Assembly: GCA_044228065.1 (NCBI GenBank)
Contig: JBGAVP010000006.1
Span: 24,077-88,076 of the forward strand
Direction: 5' to 3'
DNA: 64,000 nt
DNA from: Chitinophagales bacterium
GTDB taxonomy: Bacteria > Bacteroidota > Bacteroidia > Chitinophagales > LD1
The number at the start of each line of letters is the position of its first letter. The stretch's first letter is position 1. This document shows positions 1 to 9,450 of the stretch, piece after piece. The notes below the pieces were generated by a model. It made no database searches and was not told the DNA's origin. It saw only the letters and a list, made by a program, of their open reading frames with translations. Position numbers and translations under genes: made by a program.

Positions 1-1
1 C

Positions 2-1258
2 TGGTTTTCTTCATGGCTTTGGCCTATTTCTGTTTTTGATGGTTTTAAAAATCCTGATGGAAAAGACATCAACTATTATTATCCGACCAATGATTTAGTA
101 ACAGCTCCTGAGATTTTATTTTTCTGGGTAGCCCGTATGATAATTGCGGGTTATGAATACCGTGGTGAAAAACCTTTTACCAATGTATACCTCACCGGAA
201 TTGTAAGGGATAAATTAGGAAGAAAAATGAGTAAGTCTTTAGGGAATTCCCCAGACCCATTAGATTTGATAGAAAAGTATGGAGCTGATGGTGTGCGCGC
301 TGGTGTATTATATGCTTCTCCTGCAGGCAACGATTTGATGTTTGATGAGGGGCTTTGTGAGCAAGGTAGAAATTTTACGAATAAGATTTGGAATGCATTT
401 AGGCTCGTGAAAAGTTGGGAGGTAAAGGAAGGTGGAAATGCACAGAATAAAGTAGCTGTTGATTGGTTTAATGCGCGCTTAAATGAACAACTTGCAATCA
501 TCGATGAGTATTATACAAAATACAAAATCAGTGATGCTTTAATGGCTATTTATAAACTGATTTGGGATGATTTCTGCTCTTGGTATTTAGAAATGATAAA
601 GCCAGAATACGTAGCAGATAAAGCATCTGTAATAGACGCAGATACCTATCAGGCCACAACTGTAATTTTTGAAAAATTGATGCGGTTGTTGCATCCGATT
701 ATGCCTTTCGTAACAGAGGAAATTTTCCAGCTTTTAGAAGAGAGAAAAGAGGGGGAAAGTATTTGTGTAGCATCTTATCCCAAGGCATTAGAATCTGATA
801 AATCAATTTTGGCAGAATCGGAATTAGCATTTGAAGTGATTACCAATATTCGAGAGATAAGAGCCAAAGCACAAAAGAAAAATCATGAAACGGTCGATGC
901 TTTTTTTACAGGTAAGGATGCCGTTTCCTTAGAACGGTTTTCAGGCTTAATTATTAAACTTTCTAAACTAGCTAAATGGGAGCGAGTAGAGCAGGAGCAG
1001 GTTGGGTTGAAAACATTTGTAGCGAAAGGATATAAATGTTTTGTTGAAACAGGGGTAGTAGAAGATGCTGCCGAAGAAAGAGCAAAATTAGTAAAGGAAT
1101 TAGAGTACACTAAAGGCTTCTTAACATCGGTAGAGAAGAAGCTTGGAAACGAACGATTTGTAGCAAGTGCTCCAGCATCAATTTTGGAAACTGAGCAACG
1201 GAAAAAAGAAGACGCACTTAGGAAGATAGCACAATTGGAGGAAACTTTGTCAAAATAA
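2..1258 (+). CDS. valS: valyl-tRNA synthetase, C-terminal part (5' end outside the window)
   Basis: The frame is open from position 2. It shows the class I aaRS KMSKS loop (GRKMSKSLGNSPDP), an anticodon-binding region and the C-terminal coiled coil (EQRKKEDALRKIAQLEETL) typical of ValRS. Confidence 0.9.
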   Translation, partial: WFSSWLWPISVFDGFKNPDGKDINYYYPTNDLVTAPEILFFWVARMIIAGYEYRGEKPFTNVYLTGIVRDKLGRKMSKSLGNSPDPLDLIEKYGADGVRAGVLYASPAGNDLMFDEGLCEQGRNFTNKIWNAFRLVKSWEVKEGGNAQNKVAVDWFNARLNEQLAIIDEYYTKYKISDALMAIYKLIWDDFCSWYLEMIKPEYVADKASVIDADTYQATTVIFEKLMRLLHPIMPFVTEEIFQLLEERKEGESICVASYPKALESDKSILAESELAFEVITNIREIRAKAQKKNHETVDAFFTGKDAVSLERFSGLIIKLSKLAKWERVEQEQVGLKTFVAKGYKCFVETGVVEDAAEERAKLVKELEYTKGFLTSVEKKLGNERFVASAPASILETEQRKKEDALRKIAQLEETLSK

Positions 1259-1321
1259 AAAGCTAAAAAGTTTTGATAAAGAAAGGACAAATTATAAATT
1301 CGTCTAATAATAAAATACCTT

Positions 1322-1696
1322 ATGTACGAAACCTCTACCTACAAAAGAAAATCGGCCGATCAAAAGCAAATGCATTATTCCCCTAATTTGCTGAGTACTA
1401 TTAATAATGCTATTGATAATTCTTTAGTTACTACTATAGAGTACGATTCGCGTGAAAAGGGAATTACTGTTCGTGAAATAGAGCCTATGGCTATAGTTTA
1501 CAAAGACCGCAAGCGAAATTTGGTAGGCTGGTGTAGACTTCGTAATGATTATCGCTCTTTCAGATTGGACCGATTGAATTTGGTGAAGCTACACAAGGAT
1601 GATTTTATGAGAAGGCAAGATTTCAATATAGAAGAGTACCAAGATGATCCTAATTCATCTCATGTCCAAGAAGATAACTACAACGAAGAAGATTAA
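1322..1696 (+). CDS. small WYL-domain-like protein
   Basis: 124-aa ORF. The segment ITVREIEPMAIVYKDRKRNLVGWCRLRNDYRSFRLDRL resembles the WYL-domain core (W..c.....R.FRldRi). No HTH is visible. Confidence 0.5.
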   Translation: MYETSTYKRKSADQKQMHYSPNLLSTINNAIDNSLVTTIEYDSREKGITVREIEPMAIVYKDRKRNLVGWCRLRNDYRSFRLDRLNLVKLHKDDFMRRQDFNIEEYQDDPNSSHVQEDNYNEED

Positions 1697-1715
1697 TACC
1701 ATTTTCAGATACAAC

Positions 1716-1747
1716 AAAAAAGGCTAACAACATTGTTAGCCTTTTTT
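1716..1747. terminator. bidirectional rho-independent terminator between convergent genes
   Basis: The GGCTAACA / TGTTAGCC stem (1722-1741) is flanked by an A-run on one side and a T-run on the other. Confidence 0.55.
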
Positions 1748-1765
1748 GTTTTGGGAAAAATTTAA

Positions 1766-3346
1766 TTAATTTCTCTTAATAACAATACTTTTCGAAATCG
1801 AACTTTCCCCACTAGTAAGTACCATTAAATAATTCGCTGAAGCAAGCTCTTGCATTTTTAACTCAAGTGTACTTTCTCCTTTTTGCAATTCTACAACTTT
1901 GCTCCAAACTACACTGCCCTTCAAATCATAGACATTCACTTTCGATTTAAAAGCAGTTTCAGAATTCGTTTTCAGGAAAACAATACCCTTGCTCGGATTA
2001 GGGTACAATTCTATCTGAGCAGGAAAAGTGTGATGATGCTCCTCAATAGAAGTAGGGGCTAAATCTCTTTCATCATAACCCGAACTGATGGGTATGGCTA
2101 GTTTTGCGGCAGTGGCTATGGTAGCTTTTACAACATTGGTCATAAAAGTAAAATTGAGAGTGCCTATACTATCGCCTGGAGTGTGGTAATTTTTATTTCG
2201 AGTATTCGCACCATCAGTGAGCATGAGTGCGCTTTTTCCATTGTCCCAAAAAGAAGCATGATCGCTTCTTCTTAAGTCTGGTGCTATACTTCCATTTTGT
2301 GGCACTTCCAAGGAAGTTATTTTTAATGCTGGTACATACTGCGAAGCTGCGGTTGTGAATTGAGAAATCAAAGAACTAGAAGTTGTGTTTCCACAAACAA
2401 TAAGACTGTTTCCTTTAAAGCTATCTGCTTGCAATTTTTGGTATGCTTGCGGAAAAAGTAAATCAAAGCCTGCTGGTGTGGTTTGTGAATGAAAGGAATC
2501 AGAGTAATAACCTATCATTTCGAAATTTAAAACTCCTTGAATGCTATCATAAGGTTTGATACCGTTTTGAACATAGCGTTGACTACCTACTAAACCAAGT
2601 TCTTCGAAATCAAATCCAATAAAACGAAGTGAGTGTTCAAAATTATATTTTGATAAAATACGAACTGCCTCCAGTATTCCTGCTACTCCAGAACCATTGT
2701 CATCAGCTGCGGGTGCAGTAGCCACTCCATCATAATGTGCATCTATCAGGTAGGTGGTGTTCTCTTCTTTTAATCCAGCTTTTCTACCTAAAATATTTTG
2801 TCCAGATTCAACACCATAAACAAAATTTTGTCTTTCGGTGGTTAGTCTAGCTCTGTTAAAACGCTGTTCAATAGAATCTCTTACCTCATTTAGATGAACA
2901 GTGCCTGCACTAAAATGACGGATGCCTTCAATGAATTTTAAATTACTTTTTAAACGATTGCTATCTACAGCATTTACCATGTCGGCAATATTTACAGGCT
3001 TATTGTCAGAGGCAAGCACTCTAATTTTGGTATCGTATATATTGCCTGTATGCGAAGAGTAATCCCACACAATTGATTTGCTATTTCCAGGATTAATTCC
3101 GGTGCCAAAATCATTGGATAATTCTCCGCTTGGTACTGCTTCAAAATAATCACCACCATCTTTTGAAATTTTTACCCAAACATCACAAGTATTATTTTCA
3201 ATATCTAAAAGAGTATAATTGATAGTTACCTGTTGCGATACCTCATCTACGATTGCAGATTGAATAGATACAGTAGGAGGGGTATTCTGAGCATCAGAAA
3301 AGAAAGTAGTTAGACAAAGACTAATTAGCGTAGCTATTTTTTTCAT
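1766..3346 (-). CDS. M28-family aminopeptidase with T9SS C-terminal sorting domain
   Basis: Has a signal peptide and the M28 zinc-ligand region (IDAHYDGV...DDNGSGVAGILEAVRIL...FEELGLVGS). The C-terminus (ELYPNPSKGIVFLK...) is a type A Por/T9SS sorting domain. Confidence 0.8.
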   Translation of the reverse strand: MKKIATLISLCLTTFFSDAQNTPPTVSIQSAIVDEVSQQVTINYTLLDIENNTCDVWVKISKDGGDYFEAVPSGELSNDFGTGINPGNSKSIVWDYSSHTGNIYDTKIRVLASDNKPVNIADMVNAVDSNRLKSNLKFIEGIRHFSAGTVHLNEVRDSIEQRFNRARLTTERQNFVYGVESGQNILGRKAGLKEENTTYLIDAHYDGVATAPAADDNGSGVAGILEAVRILSKYNFEHSLRFIGFDFEELGLVGSQRYVQNGIKPYDSIQGVLNFEMIGYYSDSFHSQTTPAGFDLLFPQAYQKLQADSFKGNSLIVCGNTTSSSLISQFTTAASQYVPALKITSLEVPQNGSIAPDLRRSDHASFWDNGKSALMLTDGANTRNKNYHTPGDSIGTLNFTFMTNVVKATIATAAKLAIPISSGYDERDLAPTSIEEHHHTFPAQIELYPNPSKGIVFLKTNSETAFKSKVNVYDLKGSVVWSKVVELQKGESTLELKMQELASANYLMVLTSGESSISKSIVIKRN

Positions 3347-3441
3347 GATAGATAATTTATTGTACTAATGTACTTTAAAAAATCGTATCATGAAATTTAG
3401 AAAAATGGAAATACACTTCTAAAATTAATAGCACAGAATTG

Positions 3442-5361
3442 TTACATCCCTGTTACTATAAATTCTGTTCTTCTATTCTTAGCTTTTCCTTCGTTGGTGT
3501 TGTTATCTGCAATAGGTTTAGCAGCAGCATATCCTTTGTAGCTAAGCCTTTCAGCCGATACTCCTTTTGAAATAAGATAATCAAACACCGCTTTAGCTCT
3601 GTTTTCAGAAAGCATTTGGTTGTCTTTTAGTAATCCTGAATTATCAGTATGTCCGCCTATTTCAATTTTTAGATTTGGATTTTTAGTGAGCATATCTTGA
3701 AGTGTTGTCAATTCAGTTTTTGACTCTTCTTTTAATTCAAATTTGTTGGATTCGAAAAACACATTATTTAAAATAACAGCTTCTCCAATCTTAACCTTTT
3801 TCAAACCTATCTCCATCACATACGGTTGCCCATCTTGTCTATCTTTTAAAGAAAAATTAGCCGAATAAAACAAATATCCTTCTTTGGAAATCTGACATGC
3901 ATAGTTTTTGCCAGAAGGTAATGTGAGCAAGCATTCTCCTGTGAGCTGGTCTGATGATGAAGTAGTATATAATTTAGAAATTTCTACATCAAAAATCTGA
4001 ACATTTGCTTTGAGTGGTGCTTTGGTATTTGCATCAAAAACTTTGCCTTTAAAGTAAGTAACGTATTCAGGCTTATTGACTGCATCCATTTCAAATTTGT
4101 ATAAATCTAAACCACCTGCACCACCTACTCTTTCTGATGCAAAGTATGCAGTCTTGCCATCCGCAGCTATGGCTATTCCTAACTCATCACCATTGCTATT
4201 AATGGGGTAGCCTAAGTTTTCAGGCTTACTCCAGTGACCATTTGCATCTTTTCTTGATACAAAAAAATCTAGCTTACCAAAACCAGGATGACCGTCTGAT
4301 GAGAAGTATAAAGTCTTACCATCAGGATGTATGAACGGCCGCTCTTCATTAAACTGGGTATTGATTTCGCTACCTAAATTTTGGGGTTCGCTCCATGAAT
4401 AATCATTTTGTAAGTAACTCACCCAAATATCTAAACTACCCTTACCACCAGGTCTGTTGCTCACAAAGAAAAGCGAACGACCATCAGCCGAAATGCAAGG
4501 CTGAGTGTCCTTTCCAGGCTTATTGATTCGTATGTTCATGTGGTTGGGTCTATCCCAAGTATCACCCAACCTTTTGGTAAAATAGATATCACAATCCCCT
4601 TCACTATCGGGTCTGCGGCTCGATGTAAAAAATAAATATTTACCGCTTTGAGAAATACAAGTAGCGCCTTCTATGTACTCATCAGTTGAGATAGGTCTAT
4701 CTACCAAAGCCGCGGGTCCCCATTTGCTGTTGAGTTGTTCACTCATCCAAATATTTTCATCGGCAGCTCGTCCCATGTGTTCCAATCGTGTGAAATAAAT
4801 GTAACGCTCATCGGCAGTTACAGTAGGCATGTATTCATCATCTGGAGTATTGACTCCATCACCCAAACTCATGGGCTGAAACTTGCGAGGGCTCTTCACA
4901 GCCTCCACTGCATAGTCACAACTCTTTATCAAATTATCAATACTATTTTGATCTACCTGCGAAGTGGTGCCCTTTGTTTTAGCTTCAGTTAGTGCGGCTT
5001 TAGCTTTAGCATAATCACCTGCGTAGAAGTACGCCATGCCAATGTTGTAATCTAATTTTGGAGAAAAATCTGATTTGAGTTGCTTCACCTTTTCAAAAGC
5101 CAGTGCAGCTTCCTTATACTTTTCTGTATACTCCAATTCTACCAAACCCAATACCCAATAGGCATCTACAAAGCGAGGCTCTTCTTTAATGGCTTCATTC
5201 AAAGCTGTCTCTGCTGTTGCTACTTTTGCAAAAGCGTATGCATTGTTTCCTTCATCAAAAAGGTCTTTGGCTTTGCGTTTAGCATGGTCGTAAGTAATTC
5301 CTTGTGCAAAAATTTGTGCAAGGGAAAAAGATAGCAGTAATAGAACCAAAGATTTTTTCAT
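3442..5361 (-). CDS. OmpA-family protein with TPR, PD40/TolB-like propeller repeats and a C-terminal OmpA peptidoglycan-binding domain
   Basis: Has a signal peptide and repeated PD40-like units (ADERYIYFT, SGKYLFFTSSR, ADGRSLFFVSNR, DGKTLYFSSD, DGKTAYFASER). The C-terminal OmpA_C motif is IGGHTDNSG...LSENRAKAV...NRRTEF. Confidence 0.8.
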   Translation of the reverse strand: MKKSLVLLLLSFSLAQIFAQGITYDHAKRKAKDLFDEGNNAYAFAKVATAETALNEAIKEEPRFVDAYWVLGLVELEYTEKYKEAALAFEKVKQLKSDFSPKLDYNIGMAYFYAGDYAKAKAALTEAKTKGTTSQVDQNSIDNLIKSCDYAVEAVKSPRKFQPMSLGDGVNTPDDEYMPTVTADERYIYFTRLEHMGRAADENIWMSEQLNSKWGPAALVDRPISTDEYIEGATCISQSGKYLFFTSSRRPDSEGDCDIYFTKRLGDTWDRPNHMNIRINKPGKDTQPCISADGRSLFFVSNRPGGKGSLDIWVSYLQNDYSWSEPQNLGSEINTQFNEERPFIHPDGKTLYFSSDGHPGFGKLDFFVSRKDANGHWSKPENLGYPINSNGDELGIAIAADGKTAYFASERVGGAGGLDLYKFEMDAVNKPEYVTYFKGKVFDANTKAPLKANVQIFDVEISKLYTTSSSDQLTGECLLTLPSGKNYACQISKEGYLFYSANFSLKDRQDGQPYVMEIGLKKVKIGEAVILNNVFFESNKFELKEESKTELTTLQDMLTKNPNLKIEIGGHTDNSGLLKDNQMLSENRAKAVFDYLISKGVSAERLSYKGYAAAKPIADNNTNEGKAKNRRTEFIVTGM

Positions 5362-5534
5362 GGATTATTTTTAATGACCATAACAATATTAACGTGTTTC
5401 TTAGAAAACAGATATAAAACCATTCCACATTTGGGCAATGGTTTTGTTATTGGATTAAAAACTGCACAACTTACTTTTAATTAAACTTTTTTAACTTAGT
5501 TGATATTTCATTTTTCATTCCTAAAATAACTTTT

Positions 5535-6803
5535 ATGAAAAGAAGTTTATGTACGATAATTAAATGTGTTTTACTCTTCGCACTCCTCCCCAATCTATTG
5601 ATTTCACAATGTTTGACGGGTGGTAGATATTACGATAAACTATTTCAGGTAAAAAGTAACTTGAATATTCAGTATGGTACAGGTTTAACCTTCAACGCTA
5701 CTTATCAGGATTTGTACATGAATGTTTATGAACCCTTAAACGATACCTTAACACCTCAAAGACCGCTTATAGTATTAGCTTTTGGTGGAAGTTTTACTTC
5801 TGGTTTTAAAACAAGCCCTGATATTGTACGCTTATGCAATGAGTTTACGCAAAGAGGTTATGTGACTTGTGCCATTGATTACCGTTTGGGTTTTGAAAAT
5901 GGAAATGACAGTGATACCAACCAGTTTAAGGCTCTGATACGTGGAGTGCAAGATATGAAAGCTTCTGTTCGTTACTTTTATAAAGATGCACAAACTGCAA
6001 AAACATATCGGGTAGATACGAACAAGATTTTTATAGGTGGTGTTTCTGCTGGAGCGTTTATAGCACTAAACTATGCATACGGAAGACTCGATACGCTCTC
6101 CTTTCCTGCACCTGGCTTTGCATTGCCAGCTTTGCTATCGCTTGGTGGTCCGGAGGGTGATAGCGGTAATCCTGGCTACTCTTCTAAAGTGAGTGGCGTA
6201 ATAAATTTATGTGGAGCAATAGCTGATACCGTTTGGATTATGCCATCAGCACCACCACTTTGCGGAGTGCATGGTACCAATGATAGTTTGGTAGCTTGTC
6301 AGTTTGATAGTGCTCATGCTGCTCAGACTGTGGAGTCACGACTATTTGGTGGGTGTGATATAGTACATCGTTTACAGCACATTAACACGAGCAGTTCTTT
6401 CCATATTTTTCAAGGGGCAGGGCATGTGCCTTTTGTTTTGCCGAGTGGACCTTCTACTCCTCCTAGCTCTTATTATATGGATACAACTATTTGGGTGATT
6501 CGTGATTTCTTGTACCGTCAGGTGTGTTATCAAGCTCTGGCGGTAGAAGCTGTAAAAGAAGGCTTGAGTATATCTGTGTATCCTAATCCTAGCAGTGATT
6601 TTGTAAATTTTTCATCACAACAAAACAGTCCACTACAATTGGAAATTTTTGGAGTAGATGGGCGGCTGATGGCACAAAATAGTATTGAAGCAAATGAAAC
6701 GATTACACTTAGCAAACAACAAATAGGAGCAGGTGTTTATATTTATAAATTGACTGATGTAGATTTGGGAACTAATAAAGTAGGAAGGTTAGTATTTTAT
6801 TAA
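5535..6803 (+). CDS. secreted alpha/beta-hydrolase (esterase/lipase-like) with T9SS C-terminal sorting domain
   Basis: Has a signal peptide, a nucleophile-elbow-like GGVSAGA and a T9SS CTD (SVYPNPSSDFVNF...VYIYKL). Confidence 0.7.
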   Translation: MKRSLCTIIKCVLLFALLPNLLISQCLTGGRYYDKLFQVKSNLNIQYGTGLTFNATYQDLYMNVYEPLNDTLTPQRPLIVLAFGGSFTSGFKTSPDIVRLCNEFTQRGYVTCAIDYRLGFENGNDSDTNQFKALIRGVQDMKASVRYFYKDAQTAKTYRVDTNKIFIGGVSAGAFIALNYAYGRLDTLSFPAPGFALPALLSLGGPEGDSGNPGYSSKVSGVINLCGAIADTVWIMPSAPPLCGVHGTNDSLVACQFDSAHAAQTVESRLFGGCDIVHRLQHINTSSSFHIFQGAGHVPFVLPSGPSTPPSSYYMDTTIWVIRDFLYRQVCYQALAVEAVKEGLSISVYPNPSSDFVNFSSQQNSPLQLEIFGVDGRLMAQNSIEANETITLSKQQIGAGVYIYKLTDVDLGTNKVGRLVFY

Positions 6804-6912
6804 AACAGTAGAGTTTGATTTGTCATTTTTTTGTAAGAAAAGAATAGGTTTGAATTTTTTAAGTTGGTATGCTTTATCTTTGATACGAAAACTTACTGTC
6901 AAATTGAATCAC

Positions 6913-7377
6913 ATGAAATCACTCATTACCATATCATTTTTCCTATTGCTTCTTGTAGCCTGTCGGAAAGATGAAAAGGCTGTACCTTTAACACCAATAA
7001 CTCCCATTAAGACTCTTTACTTTGGCAATTATCAATTTAGAGTAATAAAAGAAAACTGGGTAGGTTTTACTTATACCTACGATACTTTTAATACATCAGG
7101 TACTGTATCTAATTATGCTGTAGAAGATGGAGACAGCGATTTATGTGCTCTACAAGAACCTATAAATGAAATAGGACAACGTTACACCATAATTTTCATG
7201 GCTAATAACTCAATTACTCCTTGTGTAGACTCTTTAGATAATTTTGTTGTTAGATATGGCCCTCACTATAAACACGATGGGTATTTCCATGATAGTACAA
7301 AAGTTGATTTTTCTATCACTAGATTGGGCGGACAGGGTGGAGGATATAATTATTATGTGTCTGGTGTTAAACAATAG
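6913..7377 (+). CDS. hypothetical lipoprotein
   Basis: The internal ATG at 6913 gives MKSLITISFFLLLLVACRKDE, which has a lipobox. The longer ORF starting at 6820 adds a non-signal-like extension. Confidence 0.5.
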   Translation: MKSLITISFFLLLLVACRKDEKAVPLTPITPIKTLYFGNYQFRVIKENWVGFTYTYDTFNTSGTVSNYAVEDGDSDLCALQEPINEIGQRYTIIFMANNSITPCVDSLDNFVVRYGPHYKHDGYFHDSTKVDFSITRLGGQGGGYNYYVSGVKQ

Positions 7378-7404
7378 GATGTGTTATGTATCAAATACCA
7401 TCTA

Positions 7405-7439
7405 TAAAAAAAGGCTACTCAATTGAGCAGCCTTTTTTT
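7405..7439. terminator. bidirectional terminator hairpin between convergent genes
   Basis: AAAAAAA-GGCTACTC-AATT-GAGCAGCC-TTTTTTT, with one mismatch in the stem. Confidence 0.45.
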
Positions 7440-7457
7440 ACGAAACTGAATTTTTAT

Positions 7458-8246
7458 TTATTGCATATCAAAATTCAATACAGCATCTTCTAGTTTATCT
7501 ACAGTAGCTGATTTGAATGCATCGTTCCAAACAATTTTTGCTAAATCATTACTTAGAATTACAACATTAATATTCTCAGATTCGCCCCTTCCTAATAAGA
7601 AGGTTTTTTCAAGATTAGAGTTTACAATAATGGTTCCCGCTGGAACTATTCCTGTAATCTTTTTCGGCTCTACTACTGCCATTCCTTCACCTATATAAGT
7701 AATTTTAAATTTGCAACGTGTACCGTATATCAAATTCGGTGGCGCAAAAAAAGTATAGTTTAATAATTCAATTCTATAGTCGCCTATTTCTACAATTTTT
7801 TGAGAAGGAGGTAAAGTGAAATCTGGCAATTGCTCTGCATCTCCAGTTTTTACTTTATAAAATCCGTTTACTAAAAATTGAATGTTCATATCATACACAC
7901 TCTTCTCTGGTGTGCTGGTGGCATCTAAGATTTTGTAGTCGCTTTCAAAAGGTTTAATGACTAATTTCTTCTTGTCGTTCAATGCCACTTCTGTATTGCC
8001 AGATTTTAAAGTACACTCAGTAGGTTTGAAAATGATAAACGATTTAGAATTGTTCTTGATATCAAAGCGAAATTTAGTGATGTCTTTTTCTGAGAAAACA
8101 TCTTTGGTACCGATTGTGACATCTTTTAATTCTTTCGTGACAGGTTTGTACCAAATTTGCTTTGGTTTTTTGGTCTTCTCTTTTCCAGCAAAGGCTGTGA
8201 GTTGCGCTATACAAAGGATAGCAATCATTATTTTTTTTGTTGTCAT
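7458..8246 (-). CDS. hypothetical secreted protein
   Basis: 262-aa ORF with an N-terminal signal peptide (MIAILCIAQLTAFAG). No family recognised. Confidence 0.55.
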   Translation of the reverse strand: MTTKKIMIAILCIAQLTAFAGKEKTKKPKQIWYKPVTKELKDVTIGTKDVFSEKDITKFRFDIKNNSKSFIIFKPTECTLKSGNTEVALNDKKKLVIKPFESDYKILDATSTPEKSVYDMNIQFLVNGFYKVKTGDAEQLPDFTLPPSQKIVEIGDYRIELLNYTFFAPPNLIYGTRCKFKITYIGEGMAVVEPKKITGIVPAGTIIVNSNLEKTFLLGRGESENINVVILSNDLAKIVWNDAFKSATVDKLEDAVLNFDMQ

Positions 8247-8281
8247 GGTTGGTTTATTTTTAGGTTATATAAATGATTAAA

Positions 8282-9397
8282 TTATTTTTTTAGGTTGATA
8301 AATTTCATCAGTTCCTCTTTGTCTCCACTAAAGTTAAAGGCATCTACAAGCGTGTAATAATTGTTTTTATCAGTGCAATAATCCCAAGAGAATTTAGCAA
8401 TGTCCATTTTGTTTTCAGCAAATGGGAATACACCTATAATTTGAATAATTTGATTAGTAGTAAAGCATTTTTTTGCCACAATAATCTGATGAGCTAACGC
8501 TACCATGGTTTCGCTAAAATTCTGTTTCTTGATGGTATTGAGTAGTTCAGGCATTTCATCTTGTCTTACACCACATACGGGAACTGGCGGAGGTAGAGGA
8601 GTAGGCATTGGCACTGGAACTGGCATAGGACGTGGTGGTGCTAAAACAGAACGAGCATAGTTTATCCAATCGTTTTTGTACATCGCATTTGAAAAAACAG
8701 CAGTAGCATAATTGTAATTTTCCATATCATAAATCAGCGCAAAATGGTTTTTCATAAACTTCAAGCGGTTAGTCTCTAAAGAAAATGAAAGTACAATTCG
8801 CATTAGTTGCCCCATGCTAATACAACTTCTGCTTATCAAATCAGAAGCCGCTCTCATTTTTGCATCATCCGTATTTAGATAGAAAATATTTCTTGAGTAA
8901 TAATCAAAATCATTATCAGTAAGCGGAAGTGAACAATTTGATTTCCCATTGTAGCCATTGCAGTCTGGAAGTGGCACTGTAGGTCTGGTTGGTATAGGTT
9001 GAGTAGGTTGTGCATTTCCATAAACTTGGTCTGGTAGTGATTTCAGAAAATCATTTAATCTGAAAATGGCAGAGTAAGTAGTAAAAGCATCATACACATC
9101 GTAGAAATTTTGTTGATCGGCAGTTTGTGGATAGGCTGCTACAGCAAACTGGTAACGCCAATAGTCTCCTGAAAAAAGCAGCGCCAATTGTTTCACTTGT
9201 TGGCTACTAAAGTATTTACCATTGGAGTTCATTTTAAATCCTCTGTATTTTCCCTCATCACTTCCTCTAGATGCCATGCCTTGATACTGTTGCTGGAATT
9301 CTATTTCCGAAATGGGGTATAGAAAATTTTGAGCTTTTGAAAACATACTGCTAAAACACAAAGTTATCAGTAGTAGTAATTTGATTGAATTTTTCAT
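8282..9397 (-). CDS. secreted protein with three tandem DUF4476-like repeats
   Basis: Has a signal peptide. Three ~90-aa repeats each end in a y.vydaF pattern (NFYDVYDAFT, NYNYATAVFS, NYYTLVDAFNFSGDKEELMKFI) and are separated by Pro-rich linkers. Confidence 0.6.
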   Translation of the reverse strand: MKNSIKLLLLITLCFSSMFSKAQNFLYPISEIEFQQQYQGMASRGSDEGKYRGFKMNSNGKYFSSQQVKQLALLFSGDYWRYQFAVAAYPQTADQQNFYDVYDAFTTYSAIFRLNDFLKSLPDQVYGNAQPTQPIPTRPTVPLPDCNGYNGKSNCSLPLTDNDFDYYSRNIFYLNTDDAKMRAASDLISRSCISMGQLMRIVLSFSLETNRLKFMKNHFALIYDMENYNYATAVFSNAMYKNDWINYARSVLAPPRPMPVPVPMPTPLPPPVPVCGVRQDEMPELLNTIKKQNFSETMVALAHQIIVAKKCFTTNQIIQIIGVFPFAENKMDIAKFSWDYCTDKNNYYTLVDAFNFSGDKEELMKFINLKK

Positions 9398-9450
9398 GTT
9401 GGTTGGTTTTAAAATTTTTCTGAGAAAATTTTTCTTAAAATGATTATTGA

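Noticed and set aside
6820-6912. Longer N-terminal extensions offered by the ORF track for the lipoprotein (6820), kdpB (16221), aroE (28564), parA (54030) and the DUF5683 protein (52292, TTG).
   Set aside because: In each case an internal ATG gives a canonical N-terminus (signal peptide, Walker A context or conserved family start) and removes overlap with the upstream gene. The extensions add non-conserved residues.
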